Assembly (NCBI GenBank): GCA_963822965.1
Contig: CAWGJT010000010.1
Span: forward strand, 64,001-128,000
Direction of reading: 5' to 3'
Length of the DNA: 64,000 nucleotides
From: an uncultured delta proteobacterium
Lineage (GTDB): Bacteria > Myxococcota_A > UBA9160 > UBA4427
Part shown: positions 26,101-38,526 of the stretch, piece after piece
Layout: each line of letters opens with the position of its first letter
Numbering within the stretch: the stretch's first letter is position 1
Made by a program: the position numbers and the translations under genes
Notes under the pieces: generated by a model
Databases searched by the model: none
What the model was told of the DNA's origin: nothing
The model's input: only the letters and a program-made list of their open reading frames with translations

Positions 26101-29100
26101 CGCGTGGATCCGGCTGAGCGGTGCCGCCTCCGGCGACGAGCAGCTCGGCGCGGGCGACGTCCAGCTCGTGATTCCCGCGCCGCTCTTCGCGGAGTCGATC
26201 GGGCTCAGCCGGGCCACCTTCGCGCCGCCCGCCGACTACGACGGCGACGGCCTCGCGGACGTCGCCGTGGTCGTCGACGCCTTGAGCGCCGGCGTCTCGA
26301 CTCCGCCCGACGCGGCGGGTGTCTACGTGCTGTACGGATCGAGCACCGCGTGGACCGGCACGGTCGATCTCGTCGCCGACGCCGATCTGGTGATCGAGGG
26401 CGTGGGGCGGGGCGCCCTGCACGCCGACCTGGCGGCGGGAGACATGGCCGGGCTGGTGAACGGCGCGAATCCGATGGACGACCTGGTCGTCTCCGACCCG
26501 GCGACGGGCAGCGTGCGGGTCTTCGAGAACCTGCCGGCGCTGGGTGCGGCGGCCACGTTGTCCCAGGCGACTCGCACCTACACCCTCTCGGACGACCAGG
26601 TCGAGGACGTCGCCGTGGTGGGCGACTTCGACGGCGACGGGCGTCCCGACCTCGCGGTCTCCGGAGGCGATCCGGCCGGCGTCGGAACCCCGGGCGCGGT
26701 CCGGATCGTGTACGCCGGCACCCCCAGCGGCAGCATCGACGGCGGCGCGACGGTGCTGCGTCTCGACGCGGAGTCCCATCCCGACGCGAGCTTCCCGGGG
26801 CGAGGTCTGCGGGTGGCGGACGCGTCCCGGCTGCTCGGCCAGACGGGGGACTTCGACGGCGACGGCAAGGCCGACCTGCTGGTCTCGCGCGTGGAGAAGG
26901 ACAGCCCCGACGGCATCAACGTCCTGTCGACGCCCGGCTGGGGCGCCATCGTCTACGGGCGCGACGACGGAGCGGGTTCGCCGCTCACCGGCACGTTCAC
27001 CCTGGTGCAGGCGACGGCGACCGGCGTCGCGCCGGTGCTCGGCGACACGACCTTCCTCGACGAGCCTCTGCGCTTCGCCTGGCTGGGGGACGTGAACGGC
27101 GACGGGCTCCAGGATGCGATCGCCGCGGGCTTCGAGCAGAGCGACTCCCTCGCTGAACGCTCGCCGTCGGACTTTTCCGGCCCGCGGCTCTCGGGCCCAC
27201 AGCGCGAGGTCGCGAAGCTCTTCCTGGGCGACGCCGCCGGGCCCGACGGGGCCGAAGCCGGCATCCGCGACGTCGTCTTCGAGCTCGAGGGGGCCGCCTT
27301 CGGTCGCGATCTCCTGCTCGCGGTCGATGAGCGGCCGCCGGTGGTCGCGCTGGGCGACGTCGACGGCGGCGGGGCGAACGACCTGGGCGTCGTGGGCGGC
27401 GGCATCGGTGAGGTGCGGGTCCTGTTGGGCGAGTCGTCGCCCGCGGGCGGCCTCACGGGCTACCCGTTCGGTCCGTCCACGCCGGAAGCGCCCCCGACCC
27501 CCCTGCCCGCGGAGCGCTTCGTCTACGGCTTTGCAACGCCGACCCAGAGCACCTCCGCCGCCGTGCCCGGCCTCGACCTCGGCGCGCAGGGTGTCGGCAA
27601 CGCCGCCGACGCCGAGCGCCTGCTCGGCAGCTCCCCGTCGGGTGCCCTCTCCGACGCGCTCGACGTGGGGGACGTGAACGGCGACGGGATCTCCGACCTC
27701 GTGGTCCGCGACCTCGACCACGCCTACCTGCTCCTCGGGCCGGTCTCCCTCGACGGCGCCGAGCGCGCCGACGCGCGCGCCGAGGTGCGCGTGGACTTCG
27801 TCGCCAGCTACGGCCAGGGCATGGCGGATCGCATGGGCGACCTGGACGGCGACGGGCTCACCGACCTCGTCTTCTTCGACGACGCCTTCGGATACCCGTC
27901 CCTCGAGAAGCTCTGGGTGCTGCGCGGCGGCCAGGACCTTCCCCACTCGGTCTCCATCGACCCGATCGCCCCCGACCCCCGGTTCGACAGCTTCGACCTG
28001 GGCTCCTTCAACGTGCTCGATGCGAGCGCGACGGTGTTGGCGATCGAGTGGGACGGCACTCCGGGCGCCGAGGTCCTCGTCTGGGACCACACCGACGCAT
28101 TCGGCACGGTGTTCGACCTCGACTTCGCGACCGGGACCGCGACGGAGATCGTCCGCATCACGGACGACGTGACCTCGCAGTCTGCGATCTCCGCGCTGAT
28201 CCCGAACTTCGACTCGATCGACGGCGAGAACAACCACGTCGTGACGGTGGCGGGCGACGTCGACGGCGACGGTCGGGAGGACCTCCTGATCGGTAATCGC
28301 ACCTTTGCGGTACCGAGCCTCCCCTCGCTCCAGCCGACACCCGCCCTGGGCCGTGCCTATCTGGTGCCGGGCGGCTTCGTGACCTATCCGAACGTGCACG
28401 ACGTGAGCCTCGACGCGGTGCCGGGGGTCGTGATCTTCCAGGATTTCGGCCTGGGTGCCAGCGTGGCGGGCCTCGGCGATCTGAACGTCGACGGCTACGA
28501 CGACATCGCGATCGGGCGCTGGCTCGAGGACTTCGCCACCCCCGGCTCTCCCTACTCGACGTTCTTCGACTCGGCGCCGAGCCTCTCGATCTACTATGGC
28601 CGCTCGGGGTTGCTGGGCGCATCGATTCGCGAGAGCGGGGGCGTCTTCACCGACCGCACCGACTTCACGGCCGGGGCCTCGCCCGGCGAGCCGCTCTTCA
28701 CGAGCGGTGGCGCGGGCGCCGTCGGCACCCGCCAGTACTTCGGAAGCGCGGATCCCTTCACGCAGCTCGACTTCGAGAACGTGACCCCGGGTGTGGGCGC
28801 CTACACGCTCGGCTGGGAGTACTGGAACGGTACGACCTGGGCGCCCCTCGCCGTCTCTCTCGACTCGAACAATTCCACCGACGGGAGCAATCTGAAGGTC
28901 ACCGATGAGCCGGTCGACTGGCAGATGCCCGGGGACTGGGCACCGACCTCGGTCGACGGTCGCGGGGGTCTCTACTACGTCCGTGCCACGATCACGGGCG
29001 CCACGGCCACCGTCGTCCCGCGCGCCGACCGCGTGACCACCGGCCTGGCGATGCCGGGCGCGGTCACCCCCGACTCCGGCGCCCTCACCCGCGCCCAGGA

Positions 29101-32100
29101 CCTGGGCGTGCGGCGGCTCTCGCCCGGTGCGCTTCCCGATCCCTTCTTCCTGGAGGGTGCGCTCGGCGTGACCGCGGGCGACTTCGACGGCGACGGACGC
29201 GCGGACCTGGTGGTGGGCGAGACGTCGCGCACGCTGATCCTGCCCAGCTCGCTCGGGTTGAACGGCGGGGTCCTGGGCGGCCCTCTGGATCAGATCCTGT
29301 CGAGAGACACGCGTGGGCAGGTCGTGCTCTTCCGCGATGTCGTCGGCGGTCCGGCGCTGCTCAGCTTCGCCGACGCGGACCTCACCCTCCAGGGCGCTGC
29401 GAGCGACGAGGGCTTCGGGGTGCTGGCGCCGCTGCCTTCGTCGGACCTCGACGGCGACGGAATCGCGGACCTGCTCGTGGGAGCCCCTGGAGCCGACCTG
29501 ATCGGCAACCCCGTCGCGGTCGACGCCGGCCGGGTCTACTGGATCTCCGGGGCGCGGGTGGCCGACCCGTCCTTCGATCCCGACGCCCTGCCGGGTGTCG
29601 TCGAGCTCGTCAACCGCACCGTCACCGGCGGCGGCGACTTCCTGGTCGATCCCGGCACGGGGCAGCCGGTGGTCTTCCGGGCGACGGACCCGGCGGACGA
29701 TCGCTACACGTTCGCGTCCGGCGAGCTCGATCGCTGGTACCACTTCACGACCCTCGGCGACGGGCTGCCGGGCAATGCGATTCTCGTCGGTCCCGCCCGC
29801 GATCCCGGCGCGCCCGAGGAGACGATCGGGCCGGAGTCGATCTCGCTCCCGGCGACCACCGTCCGCAACCGCTGGGAGACGTCGATCGATCCCTCGTCGG
29901 TGCCGCCCGTCGCGAGCTATTCCGACGGACGTTCGCTGCCGGTGGGCGCGGGCACCGTCGTCTACGAGCTCGACCTGTCCCTGCTGCTGCCCTGGATCCA
30001 CCGCCCCGACCTGATCAGCGCCACCTTCAGCGGCGCGACCTTCGAGCAGGTGGCGGGCGGGAGCGCCAGCGAGTTCGTGTTCACGATCCTCGCCGACGAC
30101 GAGAGCGCGGTCCCGGGCGCAGCCGAAGCTCAGGCCCCCGGCGTCGTCGTCACGCCCGGGCAGGACATCAGCGACCTGGTGGGCGAGTGGATCGCCGCGG
30201 GTCGCACGCGAATGCTGATCCGCGTGGAGGCGCCGGTCTCGAATCCGAACCTCACCGCCCTCGTCCACGATCTCGAGCTCCAGGTCGCCGCGGCGAGCCT
30301 GCCGGGCTTCGAGGCCGAGCTGGTGGACGCGGAGGGCCACGTCGTGAGCCCCCGAGGCGCGGTCCTCGATCTGCGCGACGTGCGCGCGGGCGAGTACCTG
30401 CTGCACGTCTTCCGCGCCGGCGACGACGCGCCCGCGCTGCCGCGCGAGCTGCAGATCGAGATCGCGGCGCCCCGGGCCGGCCAGTTCCATACCCCGAGCG
30501 ACCGCGACGTGCTGCGCGGCGGCGAGAGCGCCGACCTGCTGATCGGCGGCGCCGGGGTCGACCGGATCTTCGGGGGCACCGCAGCGGACTTCGTGCGGGG
30601 CGAGGACTTCGAGCTGCACGACGCCGAGGTGATCGATACCCGCGCCGACCCGGCTCCCCGGGACGCCGCCTGGATCGGGCCGCGCAGTCGCGACCTCGCG
30701 CTCCAGGTCGACGAGGGCGGGGGCACGACGGGCCCCGCCCTGGATGCGGTCACGACCGTCGACGTCGCCCACGCCCTCGGCATCCCCACCACCATCCGCT
30801 TCGACGGCCTCGAGGTGGCCGCGCGACCGATCCTCGCGAGCGACCTGGCCCGGCTCACGCGCCTGCAGCTCGGGCCCGCCGACTACACCGCGACCGGAGC
30901 CGTGAGCGAGCTGAGCGGCCTCGCCTATGCGACCAACCTGCGCAGCCTGGTGGTGCTCGGCGGCGGCGCATACTCCGTCGCCTTCCTGAACCCAGCGCTC
31001 GATCTGCAGGGCATTCCCGGTGCGCCCACCGGCGCGCCGCACCTCGAGCTGCTCGCCATCGACGGGGCCGCATCCCCCGAGATGGACTCGGTGCGAGCCC
31101 TCGACGCCCTCCGCTACCTGAGCGCCGATGACACGTCGGGCTTCTCGCTCTCGTTCCTGCGCGGCGACGCGTCGCTGCGCTGGCTCGACCTCTCCGGCGC
31201 GTTCGTCGCCTTCGTGCAGCCGACGGATCTCGACGCGCTCGCGGCGTCCGTCGACTCGGGCGCGCTCGCCTACGTGGACCTCGCGGGAACCGGTGTGAGC
31301 GATCTCGACGTGCTGGTCGGTGCCCGCGTGATCGACGACCGCGAGGCGGGCTACTACGAGGCGGGCCCCGGCTGGGCGGGCAACGACCACCCCTACGCGT
31401 ATGATCGCGACTATCGGCTCAACCCGGGGCTGGGCGACGCGGTGGCCGTCTACGAGTTCACGGATCTCGCCCCGGGCGCCTACAGCATCGACCTCGCCTG
31501 GCCCGAGGCCGAAGGGCGCAGCGACCAAGTCGTCTACACGGTGAGCGGCGGCACCGAGATCGAAGGTGGCTTCGACTTCTTTCCGGCGCCCGACACGGTC
31601 GTCGGGCCCGCCACGGGCAGCGTGCCCAACCCCTTCCTCGGTGACGGTCGCGCGACTCCCGACATCCTCGGGCTGTCGGGCGGCGACGCGCCCTTCGGCC
31701 TGCTGGGGGAGGACGCGCGCCAGCTCTTCCTGGCCGAGGTGCTGAACCGCGCGCCGGCGGGCAGCAGTGGCGTCGTCGTGCGCACGTCCGTGCTCCCGGC
31801 GCCCTTCGGCCAGCGCAGCGACGGCTACGACGCGATCCTCTTCGCGAATCTCGGCGACACCGCGATCCAGGATCCGGCGCTGGGCGTGGACGGGGTGCGT
31901 GTGGCCCTGCGCGACGCCACCGGGAACCCGATCTCGCAGCTCGGTGCGGGCGAGATCTTCGTGGTGCTCGTCCCCGAGGATGCGCTTCAGGTGAGCGCGA
32001 GCTACGTCGACGCCAGCGACGGGCTCCGCATCGACAGCGCGCGGCTCGAGGCCGGCGAGCTCTTCTACGTGGGGACGGAGGCGACCCAGGTCGTCCTCAG

Positions 32101-35100
32101 CCAGGGAACGGCGAGCAGTGCGACGATCTTCGCTCCCGGCTACCAGAGCCGTGGCACCCTGCGGGTCGAGGTGACCAACGCAGGCACGGGGACCTTCGTC
32201 GCGGATCGCGTCTCCATCCGGCGGGTCGGTGAGACGCTTCCGTACCAGCTGCTCGACGTGAGCGACGACCCGCTCGGGAACGACGAGTACGAGATCATCC
32301 TCCCCGGCGTCGCCGTCGCAGACGACTCCTCGACGAGCCTCGTACACGAGGGCGTGTTCTACGCCGGCGACCCTACGGCGCCCATCATCGAGTCGGTCGT
32401 GTACGACAATCCCGCCGTGAGCTACGTCGTCCAGGCAACCGACGCCGACGGCGACACCCTGCTCTTCACCTACGAGAGCTCGAGCCCGGACCTGGTGGTG
32501 AGCCCGTCGGGCTCGACGTTCACGGTGACACCCCTCACGAGCGACGGTGCCGCGCAGGTGCTCGTGACCGCGCACGATCGTGCCAACGCGCTGGGCCCCC
32601 AGGGTCGCACCCACACCTACGCGGTCGACGTCACCTGGGGAGACGCGGTCACGCTGTCGGGCACGAAGTACGAGGAGGTGGGCGGCCTCGGGACGCGCGC
32701 GCTCTTCGACGGCACCGCCGTCGACCAGGGCGCCTTCGCGCCCGGCAGCCAGAGCCTCTATCCCAGCTTCGGCGCGCGGGGGATGGCGACGATCGGCGAC
32801 ATCGACGGCGACGGCATCGAGGACGTCGCGGTGGGCGCGCCGACCGCCCAGGGCTGGGGGGAGCTCGTACTGGTGACGCTCCAGGCCGACGGCACGGTCA
32901 AGTCGACGACGGCCATCGGCGTGCCGCCGCTGGTGCCGTCCCCCCCGCCGGGCGTGGACGGTCTCAATCTCAACGACGGCTTCGGATTCTCCGTGGCCGG
33001 CCTGGGCGACCTCGACGGCGACGGGGGGATGGAGCTGGTCGTGGGCGCCCCCGGCACGCGCGACTCGTTCGGGATCACGAGCGGGGCGGTGTGGATCGTG
33101 TCGCTCGACGCGTCCGGCGCGTTCCTCTCCGCAAGCCGGATCGACGGCGACGACCTGGGTCTGCACTCCTTCGCCAACCTGGGTCAGTCGGTCGCGCCGC
33201 TCGGAGACGTCGACGGGAACGGGACCTTCGAGGTCGCCGTCGGTGCGCCGGGCATCAGCCAGGTCTACATCCTCTCGCTCGACTCGAGCGGCGGCTTCTC
33301 GCTCGCAGCGCAGATGACCTCGCCCTTCGGCGGCGGCTTCGGACAGGCCCTCGCGGCCCCGGGCGATCTCGACGGCGACGGGGTGGGCGACTTCGCCGTG
33401 GGCGACGGCAATCGCGTCGTGATCGGCCTGCTCAACGCCGACCTGTCGCTGAAGGGCTACTCCGACGTCTTCGGCGGCTCGGGCAGCCCGAGCTTCGCCA
33501 CCACCCTCGCTTCGATCGGCGACGTGGACGGGGACGGTCACGTCGACCTCGGCGTCGGAGACCCCGCGTCGCCTGGCATCCTCACGGTGCTCAGCCTCGA
33601 CGGCGCGGGCGGGGTCGCGCGAGCGACGCAGCTGAGCGTCTCCGGGCTTCCGAGCGCCTCCTTCTTCGGCGGCTCCCTGGTGTCCCTCGGCGACCGCGAC
33701 GGGGACGGCAGCCAGGAGTGGCTGGTCGGCTATCGCAGCAGTAGCAACGACGTCCGCGTGCTCTCGGTTCCCGCCGGCCTCGACTTCGGCGGCTTCCGCC
33801 AGACGTTCACGGGCGACGTCCTCGGCGGGACGCAGATCGACGGCTCGAATCTCGCGGGTCCGGGGGCCAGCGACGAGCTCGGGAGCGCCGTCGCCGTGCT
33901 CGGTGACCTCGACGGCGACGGCGTCGACGACCTGGCCGTGGGCGCCCCTGGAACCGCCGATGTCGGTCATGTCGAGCAGGGCGCGGTCTGGGTGCTGCGG
34001 ATGAACGCGGACGGCAGCGTCAAGGCGTCCTTCGAGATCGACACCGGCGAGCTCGGGCTCGCGGACTTCGAGCGCTTCGGCACCAGCGTCGAAGCCATCG
34101 GCGACATCGACGGCGACGGCGTGCCGGACATGGCGGTGGGCTCGTTGCTCGCGGAGGGCGAGGTCCGCCTGGTGCGCCTGAACGCGGACGGCAGCGTGAA
34201 GAGCGCGACCGCGATCGGGGCCGGTCAGGGCGGCTTCACGGATCCGCTGGCGGTGGGCGACCATTTCGGCTCGGCGATTGCCAGCATCGGCGACCTCGAC
34301 GGCGACGGCGTGCGCGACCTGGTGGTGGGCGCTGACGCCCACGACGGCACCGGGGCCGTGTGGCTGCTGCTGATGAACGCCGACGGCACGGTGAAGAGCT
34401 CGCACGGGATCGAGAACGGGATCGGCGGCTTCGACGGCGCCCTCGCCCTGGGAGACCGCTTCGGTGCGGCGCTGACCGCCCCGGGCGACGTGGACGGCGA
34501 CGGTATCCCGGATCTCGCCGTCGGCGCGCCCAGCGACCCGGCCTTCTCGGCGGATCCGGGCGCGGCGTGGCTGCTCTTCCTGAACACCGACGGCAGCGTT
34601 CGCGAGGGCCGGCGCATCACCGCCGGGTCGGGCGGCCTCACGCTGTCTGCGAGTGCCTCGTTCGGCGCGGCGCTCGCCGCCCTCGGCGACGTGGACGGCG
34701 ACGGGGTGCCGGACCTCGCGGTGGGCGCGCCGGACGAAGACCCGGTGTTCGGGGCGACCAGCGGGATGATGTACGCGCTGCTCCTGCACCCCGACGGCGG
34801 GGTCAAGGGCTTCGCACCTCTGGGCGTCACGACCTCCCTGGGCATCCAGCCCGGCGAGCACTTCGGCTCGGCGATCGCGTCCCTCGGCGACGCCGACGGG
34901 GACGGCACGGTTCGCTGGCTCGTGGGCGCGCCGTACCCGGGCACGGGCGGCATCGTGCGGAGCCTCGAGCTGCAGCAGGGCGAGCCCGGGCTCGAGGGCT
35001 TCGTGATCTTCGAGGACGCGAACGGCGACGGGATCCTCGACCCCGTGACCGAGCGCTTCACCGTGAGCGACGTGAACGGGAGCTGGACGCTGGCCGACCT

Positions 35101-38050
35101 GGCGCCGGGCGGGGACGGCGCCCTTGTCGAGGTGCCCCAGGGTGGGTGGGTCGCCACCGGCGCGCCGGACCGGCAGACCGTGACCGCTCCGGTGTCTGGC
35201 GGCCTCGACTTCGGCAACCGCCGTGTGCTCGACGCAGGTCGTGACCTCACGGCCACCGAGGGCAACCTCGTCACGCTCTCCGACGGTCTGTTCGTCGATC
35301 CGGATCCCGGGGCCGGCGGCACGTTCCTCTACCACTGGGACATCGTGCGCAACGGTCAGACGGTGGCCTCGACGTCGCCCACCGCGCTCGCGCCCGGGGC
35401 GGTGCCCGACTTCGCGTTCGTCGTGGAGGACGACGGCATCCACGTCGCGACGCTCACGATCGAGAACTCCGCGCGCGGGACGAGCTACAGCGACACCCGG
35501 CGCATCGTCGTCGCCAACGCCGCCCCGGTCGTGAGCCTGGTGCCCACGGCGCTCTCCGGCGTCGAGGGCGACGCGATCGGGTTCACGGGATTCTTCACCG
35601 ACGCGGGCTTCCCGCCGGGAGCGGTGGCGACCGAAACGCACACGCTCGTCTGGCGCGTCTTCGAGGTGGGCGGCACCCCGGACCCGATCCTGGTCGACGA
35701 CACGAGCGGCTTCGGCTTCGCGTTCACGCTCCCCGATGAGGGCAGCTTCCGGGTCGAGCTTTTGGTGACCGACGACGAGGGCGCCACGGGAACCGGCGAC
35801 GTGATCCTGACCGCGAGCAATGCGGATCCGCAGGTCCTGCTCCCCGATCCGGGTGCGGTCTTCGAGGGCGAGGTCGTGAGCTTCGTCGCGCCGTTCTTCG
35901 ATCCCGGGCCGGCCGACGCCGGCGAGCTGACGGCCCTGTGGCAGGTTTCGAGCGACAACGGGCAGGTGATCGCCGACTTCACGGGCCCGGATTTCTCGTT
36001 CGTGCCGGTGGACCAGGGCCCGTACACGATCACGCTCACCGTGGACGACCTGGACGGGGGCGAGGGCGTCGACTCCCTGGTGCTGAATGTGAGCAACCGC
36101 GCGCCGGTGGTCACGGTCCCCGCCGACTTCAGCGTCCTGGAAGGCGACGTCGTGAACGTGGTCGGCAGCTTCACGGACGCGGGTGCGAACGACCCCGCCA
36201 CCCTGCTCTGGCAGGTCTTCGCCAGCAACGGCCAGGTCGTGCCCGACGGCACGACCGCTGGCTTCAGCTTCGTGCCCGACGACGAGGGCACCTACCAGCT
36301 GGTCTTCTCGGTAGACGACGGGACCGACGTCACCCAGCAGTCGCTCTTCGTCACGGTCGGCAATGCGCCGCCCGCGCCGCGCATCGACCCGGCGGCCTCG
36401 CTCGAGGGCGTGGTCGAGGGGGCGCTCCTCGACTTCAGCGCCTTCGCGAACGACCCCGGCGCGAACGATCCCCTGAGCTACCTGTGGGAGGTGATGCGCG
36501 ACGGCGGCCCGGTAATCGCGACCGGTGCGCTGGCCGACTTCGCGTACACGCCCGGCGACCAGGGTGCATACACGCTGCGCCTCACGGTCGGCGACGGGGT
36601 CGACGACGTGTCGACGGAGATCGCCTTCGACGTTGCCAACGTGGCGCCGACGGTCGACCTCGGCCCCGATTTCAGCCTTCCCGAGGGCACGACGATCCCG
36701 AGCTTCCAGGCGATCCTGGGCTCCACCTTCTCCGACCCCGGCAGCGAGGACACCCACACGTTCCAGTGGAGCGTGGTCGCCGACAACGGCCAGGTGGTCC
36801 CCCCCGCCAGCGCGAACGTCTTCGATCTCGTGCCCCAGGACGACGGCGTCTATCTGGTGGCCCTGCGGGTCACCGACGACGACGGGGGGATCGGCGCGGA
36901 CACCCTGCGGCTGACCGTCACCAACGTGGCGCCCAGCGTGACGATCGATCCCGCCGGGCCGGCCGACGAGAACGCGATCGTGACGCTCTCGGGTCGGGTC
37001 ACCGACGTGCCGAGCGACCCGCTCACGGCTCGCATCGAGTTCGGCGACGGTGGCGAGTCCCCGCTGCTGCTCGCCCCGGACGGCAGCTTCGCCATCCAGC
37101 ACGTCTATGCCGACCAGGGGGTCTTTGCGGTTCGGGTGGTCGCCCTGGACGACGACGGCGCCGAAGGCCAGGCGACCCTGCCGCTCACGATCAACGACGT
37201 ACCCGTCGATCCCGACATCAACCGCGACGGTAACGTCGACGCCTTCGACCTGGCGGCGCTGCGGGCGCTCTTCTACACCCGCAACGCGGGCGCCGATCTG
37301 AACGACGACGGCTTCGTCAACGCGGGCGACCTGCGGGTGCTGCTCGACGCGCTGGCGTCTGCCGCCCAGGCCGGGGGCCAGATCGCCGCGAGCACGACGA
37401 TCGGTATCGAGAGCTCGCCCGAGGCGGTGGCAGGTGCCGCCGACCCGATCCTCGGCAGCGTATCGGCAGTGCCGGGCCCGCTGGAGACGGTCCGCGCGTC
37501 CGCCCCGGAGGCGTCCGCCGTGTCCGCCCCGGAGACGGTTGCGGTGTCTGCCCCGGAGACGGTTGTGGTGTCCGCCCCGGAGACGGCCAGGTCGCCGGCC
37601 GCAGAGCCCGCACCGCTTGGCGCCGTATTCCCGACGAGCGACATCCGTCTGGGCTTCTCCATCGCCGAGCGTCTGCGCCTGCTGTCGCTCCAGCAGCGCG
37701 TCCTGGTCGAGAGCGGCCGGCATCGCGAGCACGGAGACGGCCAGCACGAACACGGCCAGCACGAACATGGAGAGCGCGAGGAGCATGCGCACGGGAGCGC
37801 ACGAGCAGACTACCAGGTCCGAATCGTGGCGCGAGACGACGGGTCGGCCGGCACGCCGGCGGAAGGCGACGTCGGACGGAGGCCGGCAGACGAGCGCAGC
37901 GAGGCGCGGCGCGATCGGGAGCGGGTCTCCGATCCCGGCGATCCGACTGGCGAGATGCTGCCGGACGATGACGCCCAGCCGCTCGAAGGAGCCGGCTGGA
38001 TCCGATCCTTGCTGCACGGGCTGCGCCTGCCGAGCAGCCCGCGACCGTGA
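7568..38050 (+). CDS. Giant (~10,100 aa if frame slips are corrected) LEPR-XLL/RTX/FG-GAP/PKD/dockerin surface adhesin-like protein
   Basis: Protein-like sequence can be followed across ORFs 7568, 10392, 10734, 11115, 11795, 12152, 12639, 13066, 13062, 18337, 18677 and 19091 by single-base frame changes, with no intergenic gaps or new leaders seen. Confidence 0.75.
13062..18290 (+). CDS. Giant protein segment 2: Leu/Asp/Gly-rich beta-structured region with EF-hand-like DG(R)IT motifs
   Basis: Coding frame of ORF 13062-19199 up to about 18285; recurring 'LP(F/L)(V/I)G..L', 'D..DG.(I/L)T..E(L/I)', 'AFGFDTLGL' motifs seen in large RTX-associated proteins. Confidence 0.7.
19091..38050 (+). CDS. 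Giant protein segment 3 (uninterrupted 6319-aa frame): RTX nonapeptides, PPC-like, FG-GAP propellers, LRR, Golvesin-like, SdrD-B, PKD, dockerin
   Basis: Dozens of GGxGxDxLx repeats; many GD(L/I/V)DGDG..DL.VGAP; PKD motifs (F.F.P.D.G.Y...L.V.DDDG, HVYADQG); dockerin [26 protein letters not shown] at about 37214-37350. Confidence 0.92.
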   Translation: MRAATRCSTAAPATTRSTRAATPAGTTRRRPSPTHVILGGTGRDLIYGGAGADEIHGGDDADTVFGLGGDDQIFGDGGDDTISAGAGNDTVYGGSGRDVIRGDDGDDLLYGEADADQLFGGAGNDRLEGAAGDDLLVGDDGDDVLVGSSGNDTLRGGAGSDLLWGGDALLADSAFLPANLTTPPNASEWFFADVPGFETPAIVPVAVLGLSLDGSSSDGRDRLAGDAGDDWLFGGGDVDDLSGGTGRDYVDGGLGDDSVQGDGGADVVRGGLGSDVVRGGEGIDQLYGDEGDDFLAGDAGDATTGSQQGQRLFGGAGADRLYAFAEAAPAGPSVVGDELHGGADNDTLYGNLRADALFGDGGNDSLLGDILAGPDYTTNPSAATTGGDDWLFGGAGFDDLLGGGGDDQLWGGADSDALEGQDGHDQLFGGSGIDILRADVSASYSVLGDELDGHGGNASAGDVADDNATDILLVEGTDAADTITLQRHPTDAKQLRLSYEDQGGERIVDLRWRDASGPLVEQFRISGLGGDDTIAFGTGADALDVSDLSARSDEFVAVFDGGPGDDVLTGSGARDRLDGGSGNDTLSGFGGDDRLWGGDGDDTLFAGQGNDDLIGGEGDNTLSAWSRDPGQGQLFGLFVDQNGALVDDSQKSVDLGPIEGLARIEGLSIEAPGVQQDELRFTLTNAGVSGDGIEVENLAPEAGALVVELLDAGDNVLATVTLDGATPVATLSLAGRPGGGAVYKIRASAPGAPGATGPIAYELRPDIGPVGTGVVNLFYPLEDTGLNRLLGGSGDDTLFGGTGLDFLYGNGGDDRLVRADGTDFESLDGGLGGDAWKDYARSTGQVWYVGGSNVDDQIQVNFVTEPGLLEGRHLVTRLTNNDGNFTFAAELSLDFDAVDPSGKPVWDVEDAVLDLSGLDGLSLAERSDAVATLDLQRIDLLKKILPPEGEFLAIVIDALGGNDSIVVGPTVQKTVWVDAGAGDDFVDIQAGNAILVDNSERRSDYGRNDLFETAFPLVGIVRVTGGVDLPADGRLAADARFSLRVDGGDARPVVVPYAATAGNATPAALVVDVNDALRTAGLRDRVVASLVDGRLVLSLATAKAGGVLEVSDVDAISRLALGFQVGMTATPPYAAPRLSASVDAPADGRLSGDAFFSLSVDGQTAVAVSLTQADTATNASVADLAADLQLALAAAGLGGVTASADGNRLVLRGGSATPDGALLVTAASGTAAAELGFHQGKQALALTALTDSTLLRGLTIDNPNDVDWYRFALVDAPQPGSRIDLQSAVVTDGLRLELFQDVNGSPVAIPGGVSAPSGDEVRPDLAEALVGEAAAPADGVLAADVTFTLGVGVGVGSSQTLVTVAADAGNRSLDDLVADVNAALERVGIGGSVVANRLGDHLALRALGSLAGADLVYGGSATGLVDGLGFRDGQASDTEASAYLLDPVADLGRVTGLSLDAPGDEDWLRFTVDAVPAEVAGLASVPTDGRLATDASFELVLGAGAPVAIGITSAETAANRDAADLADLLAAKIAASPLAGSVSVALRDGVLVLSSEDPSGVASLEIRNADEAALAELGFRDTLVTPGVVGSVGLEQLDLAGGLSLELVDATGTVVSSATVAAGSQRVQLSLAGLSGGEYRLHVHGHTGGESARYDLLFSIGHRGGNGGEMGGVTGARQLDLGGAAADGIALDGLGLESGVSYWLRVTSPNVVPTSYSLTFDLATGRAPVELDLGARSDLVRRDVILGGTGDDVLSGGPGEDWIFGGPGNDVLTGGLDHQASDLLFGGDGDDTFQLVPDALPTVKGTEQTLVPTASDQIDGGAGDDRVLFLGGNLDRRGVPVPDDVAIRYNPVLQRYELTALRWDIANQDFLRASDGTFQQDYVFFQSRDVERAVFDTGAGDDEVHADPGYTFPGQQSEWGLGPDVRPQHGAFQSVEIHGGDGADRLYGGAGDDQIFGDAGDDYLVGGVGDDRLDGGSGADVLLGGTAGTRDAYEIVTRGGISARNDGPDFAADLGFVETGDVVSGLSLEDGDGGDWFLFETPQALAALGPEDRALVLSQMIDVRFDSLASQRLFEDARASGSTSPNAGALAGFGVQIFAAEVQTDANDQILAVTPFEDTGDVPSHYLLHVRNPNTLRIVGTHPLTLDGPDAASYLDVYLDGNHATQVAVDNVTDATPADFVVSLRGRLSSDPDLSGRIDVDLDTSGRLVFTLIEGGSLELRVTTASGSPENFLETGAGIRDGATTGDPPAGLGTYRVTFADALGFGAIVDVAPDAGSFGVDVNDPLALPVSIPLGDIDGDGAEDFVVAVRNELGTVEDIFQAFLDGIDVADEIGPSIAWIRLSGAASGDEQLGAGDVQLVIPAPLFAESIGLSRATFAPPADYDGDGLADVAVVVDALSAGVSTPPDAAGVYVLYGSSTAWTGTVDLVADADLVIEGVGRGALHADLAAGDMAGLVNGANPMDDLVVSDPATGSVRVFENLPALGAAATLSQATRTYTLSDDQVEDVAVVGDFDGDGRPDLAVSGGDPAGVGTPGAVRIVYAGTPSGSIDGGATVLRLDAESHPDASFPGRGLRVADASRLLGQTGDFDGDGKADLLVSRVEKDSPDGINVLSTPGWGAIVYGRDDGAGSPLTGTFTLVQATATGVAPVLGDTTFLDEPLRFAWLGDVNGDGLQDAIAAGFEQSDSLAERSPSDFSGPRLSGPQREVAKLFLGDAAGPDGAEAGIRDVVFELEGAAFGRDLLLAVDERPPVVALGDVDGGGANDLGVVGGGIGEVRVLLGESSPAGGLTGYPFGPSTPEAPPTPLPAERFVYGFATPTQSTSAAVPGLDLGAQGVGNAADAERLLGSSPSGALSDALDVGDVNGDGISDLVVRDLDHAYLLLGPVSLDGAERADARAEVRVDFVASYGQGMADRMGDLDGDGLTDLVFFDDAFGYPSLEKLWVLRGGQDLPHSVSIDPIAPDPRFDSFDLGSFNVLDASATVLAIEWDGTPGAEVLVWDHTDAFGTVFDLDFATGTATEIVRITDDVTSQSAISALIPNFDSIDGENNHVVTVAGDVDGDGREDLLIGNRTFAVPSLPSLQPTPALGRAYLVPGGFVTYPNVHDVSLDAVPGVVIFQDFGLGASVAGLGDLNVDGYDDIAIGRWLEDFATPGSPYSTFFDSAPSLSIYYGRSGLLGASIRESGGVFTDRTDFTAGASPGEPLFTSGGAGAVGTRQYFGSADPFTQLDFENVTPGVGAYTLGWEYWNGTTWAPLAVSLDSNNSTDGSNLKVTDEPVDWQMPGDWAPTSVDGRGGLYYVRATITGATATVVPRADRVTTGLAMPGAVTPDSGALTRAQDLGVRRLSPGALPDPFFLEGALGVTAGDFDGDGRADLVVGETSRTLILPSSLGLNGGVLGGPLDQILSRDTRGQVVLFRDVVGGPALLSFADADLTLQGAASDEGFGVLAPLPSSDLDGDGIADLLVGAPGADLIGNPVAVDAGRVYWISGARVADPSFDPDALPGVVELVNRTVTGGGDFLVDPGTGQPVVFRATDPADDRYTFASGELDRWYHFTTLGDGLPGNAILVGPARDPGAPEETIGPESISLPATTVRNRWETSIDPSSVPPVASYSDGRSLPVGAGTVVYELDLSLLLPWIHRPDLISATFSGATFEQVAGGSASEFVFTILADDESAVPGAAEAQAPGVVVTPGQDISDLVGEWIAAGRTRMLIRVEAPVSNPNLTALVHDLELQVAAASLPGFEAELVDAEGHVVSPRGAVLDLRDVRAGEYLLHVFRAGDDAPALPRELQIEIAAPRAGQFHTPSDRDVLRGGESADLLIGGAGVDRIFGGTAADFVRGEDFELHDAEVIDTRADPAPRDAAWIGPRSRDLALQVDEGGGTTGPALDAVTTVDVAHALGIPTTIRFDGLEVAARPILASDLARLTRLQLGPADYTATGAVSELSGLAYATNLRSLVVLGGGAYSVAFLNPALDLQGIPGAPTGAPHLELLAIDGAASPEMDSVRALDALRYLSADDTSGFSLSFLRGDASLRWLDLSGAFVAFVQPTDLDALAASVDSGALAYVDLAGTGVSDLDVLVGARVIDDREAGYYEAGPGWAGNDHPYAYDRDYRLNPGLGDAVAVYEFTDLAPGAYSIDLAWPEAEGRSDQVVYTVSGGTEIEGGFDFFPAPDTVVGPATGSVPNPFLGDGRATPDILGLSGGDAPFGLLGEDARQLFLAEVLNRAPAGSSGVVVRTSVLPAPFGQRSDGYDAILFANLGDTAIQDPALGVDGVRVALRDATGNPISQLGAGEIFVVLVPEDALQVSASYVDASDGLRIDSARLEAGELFYVGTEATQVVLSQGTASSATIFAPGYQSRGTLRVEVTNAGTGTFVADRVSIRRVGETLPYQLLDVSDDPLGNDEYEIILPGVAVADDSSTSLVHEGVFYAGDPTAPIIESVVYDNPAVSYVVQATDADGDTLLFTYESSSPDLVVSPSGSTFTVTPLTSDGAAQVLVTAHDRANALGPQGRTHTYAVDVTWGDAVTLSGTKYEEVGGLGTRALFDGTAVDQGAFAPGSQSLYPSFGARGMATIGDIDGDGIEDVAVGAPTAQGWGELVLVTLQADGTVKSTTAIGVPPLVPSPPPGVDGLNLNDGFGFSVAGLGDLDGDGGMELVVGAPGTRDSFGITSGAVWIVSLDASGAFLSASRIDGDDLGLHSFANLGQSVAPLGDVDGNGTFEVAVGAPGISQVYILSLDSSGGFSLAAQMTSPFGGGFGQALAAPGDLDGDGVGDFAVGDGNRVVIGLLNADLSLKGYSDVFGGSGSPSFATTLASIGDVDGDGHVDLGVGDPASPGILTVLSLDGAGGVARATQLSVSGLPSASFFGGSLVSLGDRDGDGSQEWLVGYRSSSNDVRVLSVPAGLDFGGFRQTFTGDVLGGTQIDGSNLAGPGASDELGSAVAVLGDLDGDGVDDLAVGAPGTADVGHVEQGAVWVLRMNADGSVKASFEIDTGELGLADFERFGTSVEAIGDIDGDGVPDMAVGSLLAEGEVRLVRLNADGSVKSATAIGAGQGGFTDPLAVGDHFGSAIASIGDLDGDGVRDLVVGADAHDGTGAVWLLLMNADGTVKSSHGIENGIGGFDGALALGDRFGAALTAPGDVDGDGIPDLAVGAPSDPAFSADPGAAWLLFLNTDGSVREGRRITAGSGGLTLSASASFGAALAALGDVDGDGVPDLAVGAPDEDPVFGATSGMMYALLLHPDGGVKGFAPLGVTTSLGIQPGEHFGSAIASLGDADGDGTVRWLVGAPYPGTGGIVRSLELQQGEPGLEGFVIFEDANGDGILDPVTERFTVSDVNGSWTLADLAPGGDGALVEVPQGGWVATGAPDRQTVTAPVSGGLDFGNRRVLDAGRDLTATEGNLVTLSDGLFVDPDPGAGGTFLYHWDIVRNGQTVASTSPTALAPGAVPDFAFVVEDDGIHVATLTIENSARGTSYSDTRRIVVANAAPVVSLVPTALSGVEGDAIGFTGFFTDAGFPPGAVATETHTLVWRVFEVGGTPDPILVDDTSGFGFAFTLPDEGSFRVELLVTDDEGATGTGDVILTASNADPQVLLPDPGAVFEGEVVSFVAPFFDPGPADAGELTALWQVSSDNGQVIADFTGPDFSFVPVDQGPYTITLTVDDLDGGEGVDSLVLNVSNRAPVVTVPADFSVLEGDVVNVVGSFTDAGANDPATLLWQVFASNGQVVPDGTTAGFSFVPDDEGTYQLVFSVDDGTDVTQQSLFVTVGNAPPAPRIDPAASLEGVVEGALLDFSAFANDPGANDPLSYLWEVMRDGGPVIATGALADFAYTPGDQGAYTLRLTVGDGVDDVSTEIAFDVANVAPTVDLGPDFSLPEGTTIPSFQAILGSTFSDPGSEDTHTFQWSVVADNGQVVPPASANVFDLVPQDDGVYLVALRVTDDDGGIGADTLRLTVTNVAPSVTIDPAGPADENAIVTLSGRVTDVPSDPLTARIEFGDGGESPLLLAPDGSFAIQHVYADQGVFAVRVVALDDDGAEGQATLPLTINDVPVDPDINRDGNVDAFDLAALRALFYTRNAGADLNDDGFVNAGDLRVLLDALASAAQAGGQIAASTTIGIESSPEAVAGAADPILGSVSAVPGPLETVRASAPEASAVSAPETVAVSAPETVVVSAPETARSPAAEPAPLGAVFPTSDIRLGFSIAERLRLLSLQQRVLVESGRHREHGDGQHEHGQHEHGEREEHAHGSARADYQVRIVARDDGSAGTPAEGDVGRRPADERSEARRDRERVSDPGDPTGEMLPDDDAQPLEGAGWIRSLLHGLRLPSSPRP
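37493..37590 (+). repeat. Degenerate 24-bp coding tandem repeat (SAPETVxV) in the giant protein C-terminal linker
   Basis: GTCCGCCCCGGAG(A/G)CG-like unit recurring about 4 times. Confidence 0.7.
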
Positions 38051-38159
38051 GCTCCGGTCCCGAGAGGCGCGAAGACAGGAGCGGAAGCAGGAGTTTCAGG
38101 AGCCAGGGAAACCCGGCCACCACACACCAAGGCACCGCAAACCAGGAAGAGAGGAGATC

Positions 38160-38492
38160 ATGGCAGATTTGGCCAAGGCGACGAAGGTGAAGCCGCGCGA
38201 CCGGGCCGTCCCGCAGGTCCAGTGGGACGACAGCCAGATGCAGAGCTCCTACGCGAACGTCTGCAACGCAGTGAGCACGCGCGAGGAGTTCGTGCTCTTC
38301 TTCGGAACCAACCAGGCCTGGAAGGGCGACGAGGAGGCGGTGACCGTGCGGCTGAGCGATCGCATCATCCTGAGCCCCTTCGCGGCCAAGCGCCTGCTCG
38401 CGATCCTGACCAACGTCGTCTCGCAGTATGAGAAGCGGTTCGGAGCACTGGGGGTGACGGGGCAGATTCCGACACCGACGGGCAACGACTGA
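38160..38492 (+). CDS. DUF3467 domain small protein
   Basis: RBS GAGGAG before ATG 38160; WDDSQMQSSYANVCNAVSTREEFVLFFG...RIILSPFAAKRL...YEKRFG matches the DUF3467 pattern. Confidence 0.85.
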   Translation: MADLAKATKVKPRDRAVPQVQWDDSQMQSSYANVCNAVSTREEFVLFFGTNQAWKGDEEAVTVRLSDRIILSPFAAKRLLAILTNVVSQYEKRFGALGVTGQIPTPTGND

Positions 38493-38526
38493 TCACGGCG
38501 TCGCAGCGAGTCGGCTGAGGTCCAGG

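Noticed and set aside
22595..38017. 5140-aa minus-strand ORF (also 13788-19136 and other long antisense or alternate-frame ORFs)
   Set aside because: Shadow frames of high-GC coding sequence: Arg/Ala/Val-rich, no motifs, fully overlapping the motif-rich plus-strand gene
7568..38050. RTX pore-forming or MARTX toxin, or intein-containing protein
   Set aside because: No recognisable toxin effector, cysteine-protease or Hint motifs; modules are adhesin-type
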